Shown: one piece after another, positions 1-11,549 of the stretch
How the letters are laid out: each line of letters starts with the position of its first letter
Position numbering within the stretch: the stretch's first letter is position 1
Source of the DNA: Camelus ferus
Taxonomy: Eukaryota
Reading direction: 5' to 3'
DNA length: 64,000 nucleotides
Assembly: GCF_009834535.1 (NCBI RefSeq)
Contig: NC_045697.1
Coordinates: 8,930,001-8,994,000 of the forward strand
The notes under the pieces: model-generated
The model's input: the letters and a program-made list of their open reading frames with translations, nothing else
The model's database searches: none
What the model was told of the DNA's origin: nothing
Translations under genes and position numbers: made by a program

Positions 1-517
1 ACTGCGTGCTTGGTGAGGGTATTCATCTGTGAACCAAGCAGCCCCCGCCCCACTCTCAGTGGTGCAGCCCTCAGCAGTTCTTGTCTCACTGCTGTCACAG
101 CCACATGGAGACCTCTCTGTCTATGCGTGCGGGGTCCCTGTGCCCCAGCATTTACTGAGGGCTCAGCCTCTTTCTTAGAGTGGGCCCACCATTTCCCAGA
201 GCCTTTGTGTCCTCTGCTGCATTCTCTGCACTGATCATAGGTGAATGGACACAGAAGATGGGGCCAGGCATGAATGAAGCATATATCACATCTGCCCACA
301 TTTTTTTGTCTGAACTTGGTGTCCTAGACCTTCCTAATTTGTAATGGGGGCCAGGAAATACTGCCTGCCTTTGTGAGCAGGTGGTACAGGAAATGGAAAA
401 TGGCCACCACGCAACGTGCCCTCTGCCGCACTCACTGCAGCGTGGTTTAACAGTTGGTGTTTCCAGTTGCTTTGCAAATAGACCTCTGTTCCCCTAGGTT
501 GCAGCCATTTGGGATGA

Positions 518-864
518 CGCTGTGGTCTGACTGTGTCCCATCCTCTCCCATATTTATATGTTGGAATCCTGATTCCCAGTGTGATGGGATTAGGGGGTGG
601 GGCCTTGGCCAGGTGATTAGAACAGGAGGGTGGAGCCGTCATGAATGGGGCTAGTGCTTTTTCAAAAGAGACCCCACAGAGCTTCCTTGCCCCTTCCACC
701 ATGTGCAGACACCATGAGAGGATGGCAGTCTGCAGCCTGGATGACGGCTTTCAGTAGAGAATGGTGATGCTGGACTTCTCAGCCTCCAGAGAGAAATAAA
801 TTTCTGTTGCTTATAAATCATCCGATGTGTGGTATGTTGTTATAGCAGCCTGACAGACAAAGAC
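518..864 (+). mobile_element. MaLR solo LTR, MLT1A-like
   Basis: Typical MLT1A body (atatgttggaatcctgattcccagtgtgatgg...gggtggagccgtcatgaatggg) and 3' end (aaataaatttctgttgcttataaatca...gttatagcagcctgacagacaaagaca). Confidence 0.85.
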
Positions 865-1206
865 AGATACTTTCTTAAAACACAAAATGTGCTGATATTT
901 TCCTCCAGGACGGTACTGGCAAGAGGTGAGATGTGATCAGTTTTTCCTCGTCTTGGATTCTGCAGTGCCCCTGGTTGACTTCTCTGAGGATACAGAGGTG
1001 CCATCTGGCCACAAGAAGGACATCTGACATAAGAGAGGGTGTTGAGAGGGAAGTAAGGGGGTAGGTAGAATGAATAAAGAATTTTGCATTTTATCAAGAT
1101 ACAGGTGTTGGAATCTTTACAAAATACTTACCCCACCCCAAACATCACACACCCTTTCTGGATGCATCTTTCTATTCTGGCTGGTTGGAGAACACATGGT
1201 GGGGGG

Positions 1207-1669
1207 TGTTGTGGGTCAAATTATGCCCCCCCCAATACCTGTGAATGTGACCTTGTTTGGAATTAGGATCTTTGGAGATGAAACTGAGCTAAGATGAGGT
1301 CACACTGAAGTAGCGTGGCTGTGTATAACCCAACGACTGGTGTCCTTTTAAGAAGAGAGAAATTTGGGTGCTGACATGCAGAGAGGAGAATACAATGTGA
1401 AGACAGAGACACAGCCACAGGGGAAAGACGGACATGAAGGTGGGGGCAGAGATTGGCGTGAGGCAGCCATAAGCCCAGGAACACCGAGGTTTACCAGCAA
1501 CACCAGAAGGTGGAAGAAGCAAGAAGGTTTCTTCCCCAGAGACTTCAGAGGAAGCGTGTCCCTGCCAAGGCCTTGATTTCTGACGTCTAGCCTCCAGATC
1601 TGAGGGAATACATTTCTGTTGTTTAAAGGCCTTGTGACACTTTGTTATGGCAGCGCCAGGAAACACACA
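1207..1669 (+). mobile_element. MaLR solo LTR, MLT1C-like
   Basis: tgttgtgggtcaaattatg...gtgaatgtgaccttgtttggaattagg...tacatttctgttgtttaaag...tttgttatggcagcgccaggaaacacaca. Confidence 0.85.
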
Positions 1670-2049
1670 GAAATGCTCTGTCCATTTCACTGTGCTTATC
1701 CCCCGAGCCTTGCTCAGTGCCTGGCTCATGGTCCTCTAGAGATGTCGACTGAACAGCAAAGAGACATTCCTTAGGGGCGAGGATTTCTCTTTCTTGCTCT
1801 CAGATCCCACTGGCAAAGCACAGGGGAGCACTTGGTTCAGAGAACTGGTTCAGAGAGCTGGCTCAGTCGTGAGACGTCCCCCTTGACGGCTGATGGAGGT
1901 GAGCTGGGGATTGAGAGTGACGGGCTCCCCAGTACGCAGGAGTGCCAGACAATTAGCTTCCTCCCTCAGGGTGTCCACGGATCTGAGACCAGCTCTTTCG
2001 GGATGCTTAGAGAGAGTGTGGGGTTGTGTTAATCATGTCTTTTTACTCT

Positions 2050-2112
2050 GTATTTTTTTCCAGCTTTACTGAGAAGTAATTGATAAGTGTAATTGTATGT
2101 ATATTTTTTTTC
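2050..2112 (-). mobile_element. Short L1 3'-terminal fragment
   Basis: T-run followed by cagctttactgagaagtaattgataag, resembling a reverse-complemented L1M 3' end. Confidence 0.4.
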
Positions 2113-2121
2113 TGTATTTTT

Positions 2122-2252
2122 GATGTTTTGACATCCTGACCCTCGAGGGACTGCCCCTCCCAGTCTTAATTCTCTTAAATCTCTAACTCCTGGAGATAAG
2201 TGGCCTGTAAGTGCGCCTTTCATATGCAAACAAGCCAATCCACAGCCCATCA
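2122..2252 (+). mobile_element. ERV LTR fragment (MER34/MER90-like, subfamily uncertain)
   Basis: gggactgcccctcccag...gcgcctttcatatgcaaacaagccaatccacagcccat motif typical of old ERV1-class LTRs. Confidence 0.45.
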
Positions 2253-2384
2253 TGTGTGGGTTCTGGGACCTTTCCTGTAGCCCAGAGGTGACCCTGGAAG
2301 CTGCAGCATGCATTTTCCATATTCCAGGTAGCCTGCTGGATACCTTATAGGTAGACTAAATAGAAGAACACAGGCTAGGGAAAA

Positions 2385-3006
2385 TGATACTTTTCTTGTC
2401 ATGTTATTCTTTGGTTTAAAATCCTCTAAGGCTTTCCATTCCTTGGAGTGAAGGTAGTGTCTTTCCAATGTTGAGCACAGCCCTCTGCCATCACTTCCTC
2501 AGCCATCTCTCTGGGTCACCTATCACTCTCTCCTTGGAGTCTGTCCAGCTGCACTGGGCCTGGCTGTGCCCTCGACACTAGGCATGTTTTGGTGTTCCTG
2601 GCTTTGCTTAGAATACTCACCTCTCTACTATACATACGGCCCAGTCTTACCTCCTTTAACTTGCACTTTCTCCATGAATTCTGCGCTGACCAGCCTTTTT
2701 TAAATTACAGCCTAACTGCCCCCACCCACATTCATGGTGCCACCCCAATATATCTCCACGGATTTCTCTCTTACCTTGCTTTCCTTTTTCTAATAGCACT
2801 TAACGACCTTACAGTATACAATGTAATTTACTTATTATTTTCTTGTAAATTTATTTTGATTTTACTTTCCCACTAGAACTTTTGCTCCTCGAGGACCTGG
2901 AAATTTTTTCTTAAACATTTTGTTCACTATCTTATTCCAAGTACCCCAAACAATACCTGGCACAAAGCAGGCGCTCACTCCATACATGATCGTGTTGAAT
3001 GAATGC
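2385..3006 (+). mobile_element. L2 LINE 3' fragment
   Basis: Ends in an L2a-type terminus: ttgttcact...aatacctggcacaaagcaggcgctca...gttgaatgaatg. Confidence 0.75.
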
Positions 3007-4899
3007 ATACATTTTGACTGGGATCCTATGGATCAATTTCAAGTCGATCTCTCGAAAGAAACTCTTATTGGACATTTTAAATACAAAACAGGGAAACAAA
3101 CTAATTATTACATAATAAATGTAGCTTATTTAATAGACACAATCTTCCAAATAGAACATAGGTGAATATTAGTGAAATCATAGATTCTTGGTGGTGAGTT
3201 TTGTAACTGAAGGCTTCTTCTGAAAGCAGCATTGAGATCTAAAATTTCACGCAAGTGTGTGAGACACATCCCAGGGAGTCAGAGTGGTGCTTTCTTAGTG
3301 GAGATCATCATCCTGACCTCCCATCATACTGAAGCCTCAGCATTGAACTCAGTGCCTTTGCAGTTTAATAAGTAAATTTCTATGGATTTGTTTTGAATCA
3401 AGCATAAGATAAAAATATTGTCTCAAAATTTTTAAAAATCAGAACTGAGGACTTAAAGGGAAAATTTTTAATTTTGTTATTAGGTAAGAGAAGCCAAGGA
3501 GACACAGCATTTATGCCCTGATTATCTCTCTCCACCAACTTGCTGTTTATCTCCGTGGGGAAACTGGAGGCAATGATTAGAGAGTTAAACCTCCCTTACC
3601 CACTCATGCAGTGCGTACGATCACGTGCCGTTTGGTGTTTATTTTCCAGATGAGGGAGTTTGATTTATTTTCCTTTCGTCCCTTGGGACCCCAACTGCTG
3701 AGCAGCCTCCAGGTTTGGCTGAAAGAAGCCCCCATTTTCACTCTCCTGTGGGCCTCGCTCACCTTTGGGCAGGTACAGAAAAGCGCCTTTAATGAAGAGC
3801 CTTTAATGAAATTTAATCCTCATCCACCTTGGACAGTAATGGATGGGGATGCTCCCCGTGGTAGGGGAGAGGTTTTTTCTCAGCCCAGAGACACACCCAC
3901 TCCTCAGGACTCTTGCTACTGCCCCTGGCTGCCAACAAAGCTGTTCTCAGAGACTGCAGAGCACGTATCCAAAGTGGACCTAAATCCAGTCTTTCATTTT
4001 CCACAGTATAAGGGAGGCAGGCAAGGATGGTTAGCAGGGCTCTGAGATCACAGAAGAGAACTCACCGCAAAGAGTAGGGTACCACTTGATATTTTGGTTT
4101 ATAAGACACATGCTACCTAACAGCAGTCTTGGGCTCCTCACAGGCTGTCTCCCAGCTTTGCCTCCATCCACACAGTTTTTGAGGCAAGTGCCAATTTCTC
4201 CTGCCTTCCTTAAATATGGTTAGATACATCAAAATCTTAACTAAAGAGAGTGAGCTCAGATGGAGGTGAACATTCCTTTTCCTTGCCCATCTACACCTTA
4301 CCTTACAAGGCTTGGTTATCTGTCCGTCTCTTCCTTGATGTCTAAAACCGGGGAAGATCGGGGACTTTAACAATGATGATGTGAAGTTACTATCTAGCCC
4401 CAACGAGCAAGCTCTCCTGGACACAGCATGACCAGCCCAGCCTTTATACACAGGATACCTTTCTGTGCCTCAATTTCTCCTAAGCAAAATGTAAAAAACT
4501 TAGGCAAGTACCAAGCATATAGTTAATGCTATTTAAATTCTAACCGTTATTGTAGCTTTAAGATCAAATAACCCAAATATGTTAGGTCTTTACATGGTCC
4601 AGTCTTTGTGGGCAGTTGCATCCAAAGTAGCACAGACTGATAACCTGAAACTGCTTTGAGGTCATTCAGTTCTTTAATCCTGATCTTTAGAAGCATCCAG
4701 AGTTAGGAAGCAGGCTAGCACTACAACGATGCGGCCTGTGGTTTCCAAACGCATTCTGGGACTCCCTGCTGAGTATTGTGTATTCAGAAAGCAAGTCCCA
4801 GAGCCAAGCCTCAGATGTGTGGCACTGGTAAAGAAAATAGAAGGCAGGTACGGAGACAGTATAAACCATGTATCTTGGAGTAAAGTAAAAATGTAGTAA

Positions 4900-5112
4900 C
4901 AGCCAATGTTTATTCAAAGATTACTAAGTGCTAGAGACAGTGCTTAGATCCTTACATGCACTATCTCATTTAACACTCACATCACAGAGAGGTAGGTGCT
5001 ATTAATATCCCTGTACTAGTAATGAGCCTGTTTTACAAATAAGAAAGTTGAAGCTCAGAGAGGTTAACTTACCAAGCTGAGGTCACACAGCTTTCAAGTG
5101 ACAGGGCGGGAA
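4900..5112 (-). mobile_element. MIR SINE
   Basis: MIR core antisense: ttttacaaataagaaagttgaagctcagagaggttaact...gaggtcacacagct. Confidence 0.8.
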
Positions 5113-5397
5113 ACTCACACTGACAATACATGTCTTGATTCAAGAATCCAATCATCCAATTAAGAGTCAGGTCATTACAGTATCAACTAGATGCCAAACT
5201 CAAAGGGCTGGAGCTGACACAGGATCAGAGACGGCAAGTACTGGTTCATGTAGATCAAGGTGCAGAACGATTCCTGAAGATGCCGAGTAAACTCATTTTG
5301 ACAGGCTCTTCTGATACTAATGTTGATCCTTAAAGCAGCAAAATTCTCTCCATGAAATGACTGGGAGAATATCTTGTAAGTCATGGTGTTTATCCTG

Positions 5398-5682
5398 TTT
5401 CATTCATTTGCTCTACAAATCTTTATCTACATACTAGGACTGAAGCGTGTATTGTAATTACAGATAGAAACAGAGTCTCTATCACCACGAATCTCTCAGT
5501 CCAGTGTAGGAGACCAACATTTACAAAATGTAGTTCTTTATGAGAAGGGAAACTTGGTCGGCTCAAATGAGTGAAGGAAGTTTTCTTGGAGGAGGTGACC
5601 CTTGAGATGATTCTTGAAAAAGGAGCAAGAATTTTTCAAGTGCATAAGGGGCAGAGAAGAAAGAATTCTAGGCATAGAAAAT
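5398..5682 (-). mobile_element. L2 fragment
   Basis: cattcattt start; ggaagttttcttggaggaggtgacccttgagatgattcttgaaa resembles antisense L2. Confidence 0.55.
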
Positions 5683-6565
5683 TGCACTTCTTATTATTCT
5701 TTTCCCAAACCCACATTGTTATATCCCATCATCTCAAAACACTTGGATATTTGCTAAATATGCTTCTTGCCAGAGGCAGTGATGATTTGCAAACGACAGA
5801 ACTGATTGATTGGGTCTCAAGTTCTTAGCTATCAGGAAAAGTGTGGAATCAAGAATATTTTCCTTAGACTTCTAAAACACATGCTAACTACGTGCTCCCC
5901 CTTCCTGGCTCCAGCTCCTCACAGAGGTGGCCTGACTCTCATATTTCCCTGCCTTGCCTTTGCCTTGGGACTCTAAGATTCAGTAGTTGCTTCTCGGACA
6001 TAATCTTCCTTGGAGCTGCTGCTCCTTTCCATTCCAGCTGATGCCCTGCTTGACTCTGGCAGGTGTCCAAGCCTCATTCTCCGTGCATGGAGAGGTCGAG
6101 CATTGCTGTGTAAATTATGCACCAACCCCACGATGTTTGTGGAGCCTGTGGACCCATTTCGTCTGTGTGGAGGTAAATGATTTAGTGAAGGTAGTGTAAA
6201 TGATTCAGAGGTGATGGTGTGAAGCCTGGCTTTGAAACAGCCTATCCTGGGAAATGTGATCGACTCTGGCATGTGGTGAACCCAGCTCCCATGCAGAGCT
6301 GGGCACATTTTACCTGTTCCCTGGATCCTGTGGATTCCATGCCCTGGCTCATCTTCAGTGTCCCACATTCATAATCATTAGAGTTGAATATCTATCACCT
6401 TGTTTGGTGCTCACCTTACCTCTGTAAGGGGGAGGTTTAAAATAATGTGGTCTAGTGAAACAAACTGGCTGTGGACCAATTCGGGTGTGAGCTTGCCTTT
6501 TTAAACTTTTCTGAAGTGCAATCCTGCCTGGCCACCAGCACCAGTCATTTAAGAGACAGACCCTA

Positions 6566-6578
6566 TGAGTAATATTCC

Positions 6579-6630
<52 letters not shown>

Positions 6631-7100
6631 CACCAACTCTTCTTTACCCATTCATCTGTTGATGGATGTTGGATTACTTCCAGGTCTTGGCTATTATAAA
6701 AAGTCCTGCTGTGAACATTGGGGTGTGTGTATCTTTTTGAGTTATAGTTTTATTGGGATATATACCTGAAGTTAGGATTGCTGAATCTTATGGTAAGTCT
6801 ATTTTTAGTTTTTTAAGGAGCCTCCATACTTTTCTCCATAGTGGCTACAACAATTTGCATTCCCACCAATAATGTAGGAGGGTTCCTTTTCCTCCACACC
6901 CTCTCCAGCATTTATTATTTGTAGACTTTTTGATGACGGCCATTCTGACTCGTGTGAGGTGATACCTCATTGAAGTTTTGATTTGCATTTCTCTGACAGT
7001 GATGTTGAGCATCTTTTCTTATGCTTATTGGTCATAATGTATTTTTTCTTTGAAGAAATGTCTATTTAGGTCTTTTGCTCATTTTTTTGGATTGGGCTTT
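6566..7100 (-). mobile_element. L1 fragment, ORF2 C-terminal region
   Basis: Classic antisense L1: ttgcattcccaccaataatgtaggagggttcc...gtgaggtgatacctcattgaagttttgatttgcatttctctg. Confidence 0.95.
6581..6626. repeat. (TG)23 microsatellite
   Basis: Perfect dinucleotide run inside the L1 fragment. Confidence 0.98.
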
Positions 7101-7232
7101 TTTTGTTTTTAATGAGTTATAGTCATTTTACAATGTTGTGTCAAATCCCAGTGTAGAGCACAATTTTTCAGTTATACATGAACACACATATATTCATTGT
7201 CAATTTTTTTTTGCTGTGAGCTACCACAAGAT
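7098..7232 (-). mobile_element. Young L1 3' terminus, heavily 5'-truncated
   Basis: Closely matches the 3' terminus of the L1 at 50561-51390 (gagttatagtca...gagcacaatttttcagttatacatgaac...gtgagctaccacaagat). Confidence 0.85.
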
Positions 7233-8453
7233 GGACATTTCTAAATAAAAGCACCCCTTCAAGACTGAGAGTGATAGCTGATATACCTAATACACAGAAA
7301 CAAACACAGAGGATTAGGCAAAATGAGGACACAGAGGAATATGTTTCAATCAAAAGAATAAGGCAAAAATCTCAGAAAAAGAACTAAACAAAATGAACAT
7401 AAGCAATCTATCCGATAAAGAGTTATAGTAATCGTCATAAAAATGCTCACTGAATTCAGAAGAAGAATGGATGAAGAAAGTGAGAACTTCAACAAAGGAG
7501 TAGAAAATATAAGGAAGTATGAGTATAAGTTATAACTGAACCAAAAAATACACTAGAGTGGTTCAGCACCAGACTAGAGGAGGAAGAAAAATGAAACAGT
7601 GAGCTGGAAGGCAAAACAATGAAATCCATCCAGATAGAGCAGAAAAATGAAAAAGGAATTTTAAAAAGTGTAGATACCATAAGGGACCTTTGGTACAATA
7701 TCAAGCAGGTAGTATTTTCATTACAGTGATCTCAGAAAGAGAAGAGATAGCCAGAAAAATGATTTGAAGAAATAGTGGCTGAAATTTCCCCTAAGCTGGG
7801 GAAGGAAACAGAAATCCAGGTCTAGAAGCCCAGAGAGTTCTAAATAAGATGAAACAAAATAGACACACATCAAGAATGTTCTAATTAAAGTGGTAAAATC
7901 TAAGAATAAAGAAAGACTCCTAAAAACTGCAAGAGAAAAACAAATTGTTATGTACAAGAGAAGCCCCATAAGGCTATCAACATATTTTTCAGCAGAAACT
8001 TTACAACGCAGAAGAAGTAGCACTACATACATAATCAACTGTTGAAATGAAAAAAAAAAAAAAAAACCCAACCAAGAAATACCTACCCAGCAAAGATATC
8101 ATTCAGAATGAAAGGAGAGATAAAGAGATTCCTAGATAAGCAAAACCAAAGATCATCACCATTAAATTGGCCCTACAAAAAATATTAAAGGAATTTCCTT
8201 AAGCTGAAAAGAAATGACACTAATTAATAAGAAAACATGAAAGTAAAAATCTTCCTGGATTAGGAAAATACATAATGAAGGTAGTGGATCAATGACTTAC
8301 AAAGCAAGCATGATGGTTGAAAGACACAAGTAGTAAAAATAACTAAAGTTAAAATAATTCATTAAGGGATGCATAAAATAAAAATACGTACAGTGGGTCA
8401 TCAAAATTATAAAATATAATGGGGAGTAAAAACATAAGGCTTTGTAAAAAAAA
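7233..8453 (+). mobile_element. L1 5'UTR end, degraded ORF1 and part of the inter-ORF spacer
   Basis: ATG at 7323 (MRTQRNMFQSKE then a stop); ORF1p motifs IRLSTYFSAETLQ (~7968) and YPAKISFRMKGEIKRFLDKQ (~8085); stops and frameshifts; ends in A8 at 8446-8453. Confidence 0.9.
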
Positions 8454-8515
8454 GCCAAACTTTTCTGGACCTCTGTTTTCTTTTATAAATTAGGGGTAAT
8501 AGGGGTAATGAAAAC
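8454..8515 (+). mobile_element. MIR 3' half (5' half probably at ~6445-6565)
   Basis: acttttctggacctctgttttcttttataaattaggggtaata resembles the MIR core. Confidence 0.45.
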
Positions 8516-8529
8516 AATTTTGAATGGTT

Positions 8530-8915
8530 AATATCTCCACTTGAATATTTAATGGAGGGCACCTAGAGAGACTCCTTAACGTCCTACCCTGCCCCACCCA
8601 CTGGAGTGGTGGTCCCCATCTTTGGAAATGAGAGCACCTGTTCTCAGCTACTCAAGACGAAATCCTGGAAGTCATATTTGATTCCCGCCTCTCCTGCAGT
8701 CCGCCTAGCAAATCTATTTACTAGTCCTTTCTGTTCTACCTGCAAAATGCATACTCCCTCGGATCAGCCTCACCAGGAGCTTGGCTGTGCCCCAGCTGAA
8801 GTCTCTATGCTCAGCCGCACGACTGACAAGCCTCCTCACTCTTCCCCCTGCTGCTGCCTTTCCCCCCTCAGCTCTCTATTATCCCCACCCAGCAGTCAGG
8901 AAGACTTTTTAAAAC
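8530..8915 (+). mobile_element. L2 fragment
   Basis: atctccacttgaatattt...aaatcctggaagtcatatttgattcc...ttctacctgcaaaat...gactttttaaaact. Confidence 0.6.
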
Positions 8916-8916
8916 T

Positions 8917-9108
8917 AAAAAAAAGGCAATCCTGCCATTTGTGACAACATGGGTGAACCTGGAGGACACTGAGCTGCCTGAGAGAAGTCAGTCACCGAAG
9001 GACAAACACTGCATGACTCTACTTACATGAGGGATTCAAAATAGCTAATTCACAGAAGTGAAGAATAGAAAGGTGGTTGCTGGGGCTGGGGAAGGGGAGA
9101 AGTGGGGC
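8917..9108 (+). mobile_element. L1MB-type fragment (ORF2 end / 3'UTR)
   Basis: aatcctgccatttgtgacaacatgggtgaacctggaggac...gaaggacaaacactgcatgact...gaatagaaaggtggttgc. Confidence 0.8.
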
Positions 9109-9196
9109 TTTGCCTGCTGGTTTCCTTGCCATCCCCTCCACTAGGTCTCTTTGAAGACCTAATCTTTCAGTCTGACTCACTGCGGTAGCCCAAGGG

Positions 9197-9345
9197 AGGG
9201 CTGTCAGATAAAATTCAGGACAATTTGAATCTAAGTTTAAATTTCAGATAAACAACAAATACATTTTTACTATAAAAATAATTGCACAGGGCATACTTAC
9301 ACTGGAAAAATTATGTGTTGTCTTTATTTTTGCTCGGGAGCCCTA
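9197..9345. mobile_element. MER53-like hAT MITE (internally deleted)
   Basis: agggctgtcagataaaattcaggac...aatttcagataaacaacaaat...catacttacact. Confidence 0.7.
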
Positions 9346-9669
9346 GTCTCAGGGCTCGTCCCAGGACTGGCACCTCTGAGAATACTTAATAAGTTTTTGG
9401 TGAAAGAAAGAAGGAAAGAAAGAAAGAAGAAATGAAAAATGGTCATAAAACAAAGCCTGCAGACTGAATTCCTGGTGTCTTTGCCATCGTGTTCTTAGCA
9501 TCTCAGAATGCTTGCCCTATGACAGGTGCTGAGTAAAGGTGTGCTGAGTGAATAAAAGAGTGTGGGATCCAGTGTGTTTTTCCCTCCATATCATGTTGTT
9601 GATCTCATTTTGCAGTTGGAGAAAGAGGGATAGCAAGTAAGAGCCTTTTCCAAAGTCAAACAGCTGGGG

Positions 9670-10178
9670 TAACTTCAGCTGAACACAGCAGAAGGTGCAT
9701 CGTGGAAGGTGGCTTGAGTTAATGGAGGGTTATTTGCTTCTCCCGTAAAAGAAGCCGATGTAGAGACAGTCTAGGCCTGGTATGATGGCTTTGAGACCAG
9801 GCTTCAGTCTTTCTCCTCCACAATTCTCTAGAGCCCACTCCACCTTCAAATTTACTGCATGGTCCCACGATGCTGCTAGAAAAGCCAGTGGGTGGACAGC
9901 CAGTCATCACATTCACATTCCAGGAAAGAAGCCGGCATACACAGGTGAGGACAAAAGATTGCTCACCCTCATCCCTTAAAGAAACTTTTCTCAAAATTTC
10001 TCGTGACACAACCTCTTGCATCTCATTGGTCAGAACTTTGTCTCATGACCACTCCCAGCTGCAAAGGAGCTGGAAACGTTGTCTTGATTCCAGGCGGTCA
10101 TATGTGCTTTTCTAAAAATGGGGGTCGGATCCTAAGAGGAGAAAGATACTAGGCAGAAAAGAACAACCCCTGCCACAG
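9670..10178 (-). mobile_element. MaLR LTR, MLT1J/K-like
   Basis: atctcattggtcagaactttgtctcatgaccactcccagctgcaaaggagctggaaa, ending ctgccaca. Confidence 0.7.
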
Positions 10179-10559
10179 CTAGAGAGAGGCCAGGACCCCT
10201 GGGGTAGCCTCAGCCTGCTGTGCGACATGCTGCTCACCCTGCCCTGAGGTATACTTCTAAGTGTGGAGAGAGGGGTGGACCCCAGTCTCCTGGCCACATC
10301 ATTCAGAGGCTTCCCTTATCCTTTTGCTGCTGGAGCATCTGTTGCATGGACCAGTGTTTGAGTGGAGTGGGTCAGAGCCTGGGGGGTGGACCCTGAGACA
10401 TCGTCTGTGTTCAAGAGATAGCAGTGTATTCACAGTCTACAGGACACTGCACAGACCCAGTGCAGGGTATGCCTCTGGAACTAAAATACAGAGACAAAAG
10501 TAGGGACAGCGTGGTGCTATGGAGTTAGACCAAAGAGGAGGAAGGCGAGGTACCACGTG

Positions 10560-10920
10560 CCAGATCCATTGTTCCAGGATCCAGATCAATCTCGACTAGT
10601 TTGAAGCAACAGCCTGAGTATAAGGAGACAGAAATGAACAAGAATCAAATAGCTACCCTTGAGTCCGAAAGTAAAGCAGCACGATAGACTGATGTGACCT
10701 AACACCAGCAGACCAAACAATGCTTGAGGTGCTGCCTGTTGGTGGCCATGTGAGCCTCCATGGAGTAAGGAGATAACTTGCTGCTCGCCATGTCCAGTAG
10801 GAGCACAGCCTTGGTGAGGGAGATGAGTCGTGCTCTGTTAGGCACCGACCGAACAGGCCATAACTGTAATGTTGCTTTCAGCTCTGGGCTCTGTGCTTTA
10901 AGGGCTAAAGATAGACCAGT
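10560..10920 (+). mobile_element. L3/CR1 ORF2 fragment (copy 1)
   Basis: aggatccagatcaatctcgactagtttgaa... and ttcagctctgggctctgtgctttaagg resemble the CR1 RT C-terminal region. Confidence 0.55.
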
Positions 10921-10964
10921 TTTAAAAGAAAAGTAACCATGATGTGATGGATGAACTCTTCTGC

Positions 10965-11160
10965 CTGTCTGTTTAATGTTTTTATCAATCACTTGGGTCA
11001 CACCTGCTTATCGAATTTGTGGATTGCTCTAGTCTGACAGACGCAGCAGATACTGTGACCGACAGAATCAGTCAAGAAGAACAATGGACTAAAGTCACCC
11101 TATGAAATTGAAAATAGATTAAGGTAAAGTCCTGAATTTTGGTCAAGCAATCAACTGGGG
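10965..11160 (+). mobile_element. L3/CR1 reverse-transcriptase fragment (copy 2)
   Basis: ctgtttaatgtttttatcaatcacttgg (LFNVFINHL, cf. CR1 LFNIFINDL); cttatcgaatttgtggat (cf. LIKFADD); taaagtcctgaattttgg (cf. KCKVLHLG). Confidence 0.7.
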
Positions 11161-11456
11161 AGAAGGGGATGAGGGAGACAGGGCCTATGGGGGTACCATT
11201 GTGTCTGTGTGTGTATCCAAGCACCACTCAGTGGCTGCTGCCAAGGGGCCTCTGGCCAGTACTGACGTTCATGACTTCTCCCCAGCCCAGGGGTTTGACC
11301 TTGGCTTTGGGGATTCACATATGCCGTGTATTCCAGAGCCTACTAGACTTGGGGAGGTGGACTCATGCTAACAATGCTTACAGAATAATAATAACTGATG
11401 CCAGATGTGTTAATTTTCAACATGAATTCTTGTTAATCTTGGTAGGTACTCTATAG

Positions 11457-11460
<4 letters not shown>

Positions 11461-11510
<50 letters not shown>

Positions 11511-11549
11511 CATAAATAAACTATATATAAATATAAATATAAATATAAA
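11461..11549. repeat. (TA)23 microsatellite plus a degenerate AT-rich tail
   Basis: Perfect TA run 11461-11506, then TATAAA-like units. Confidence 0.98.
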
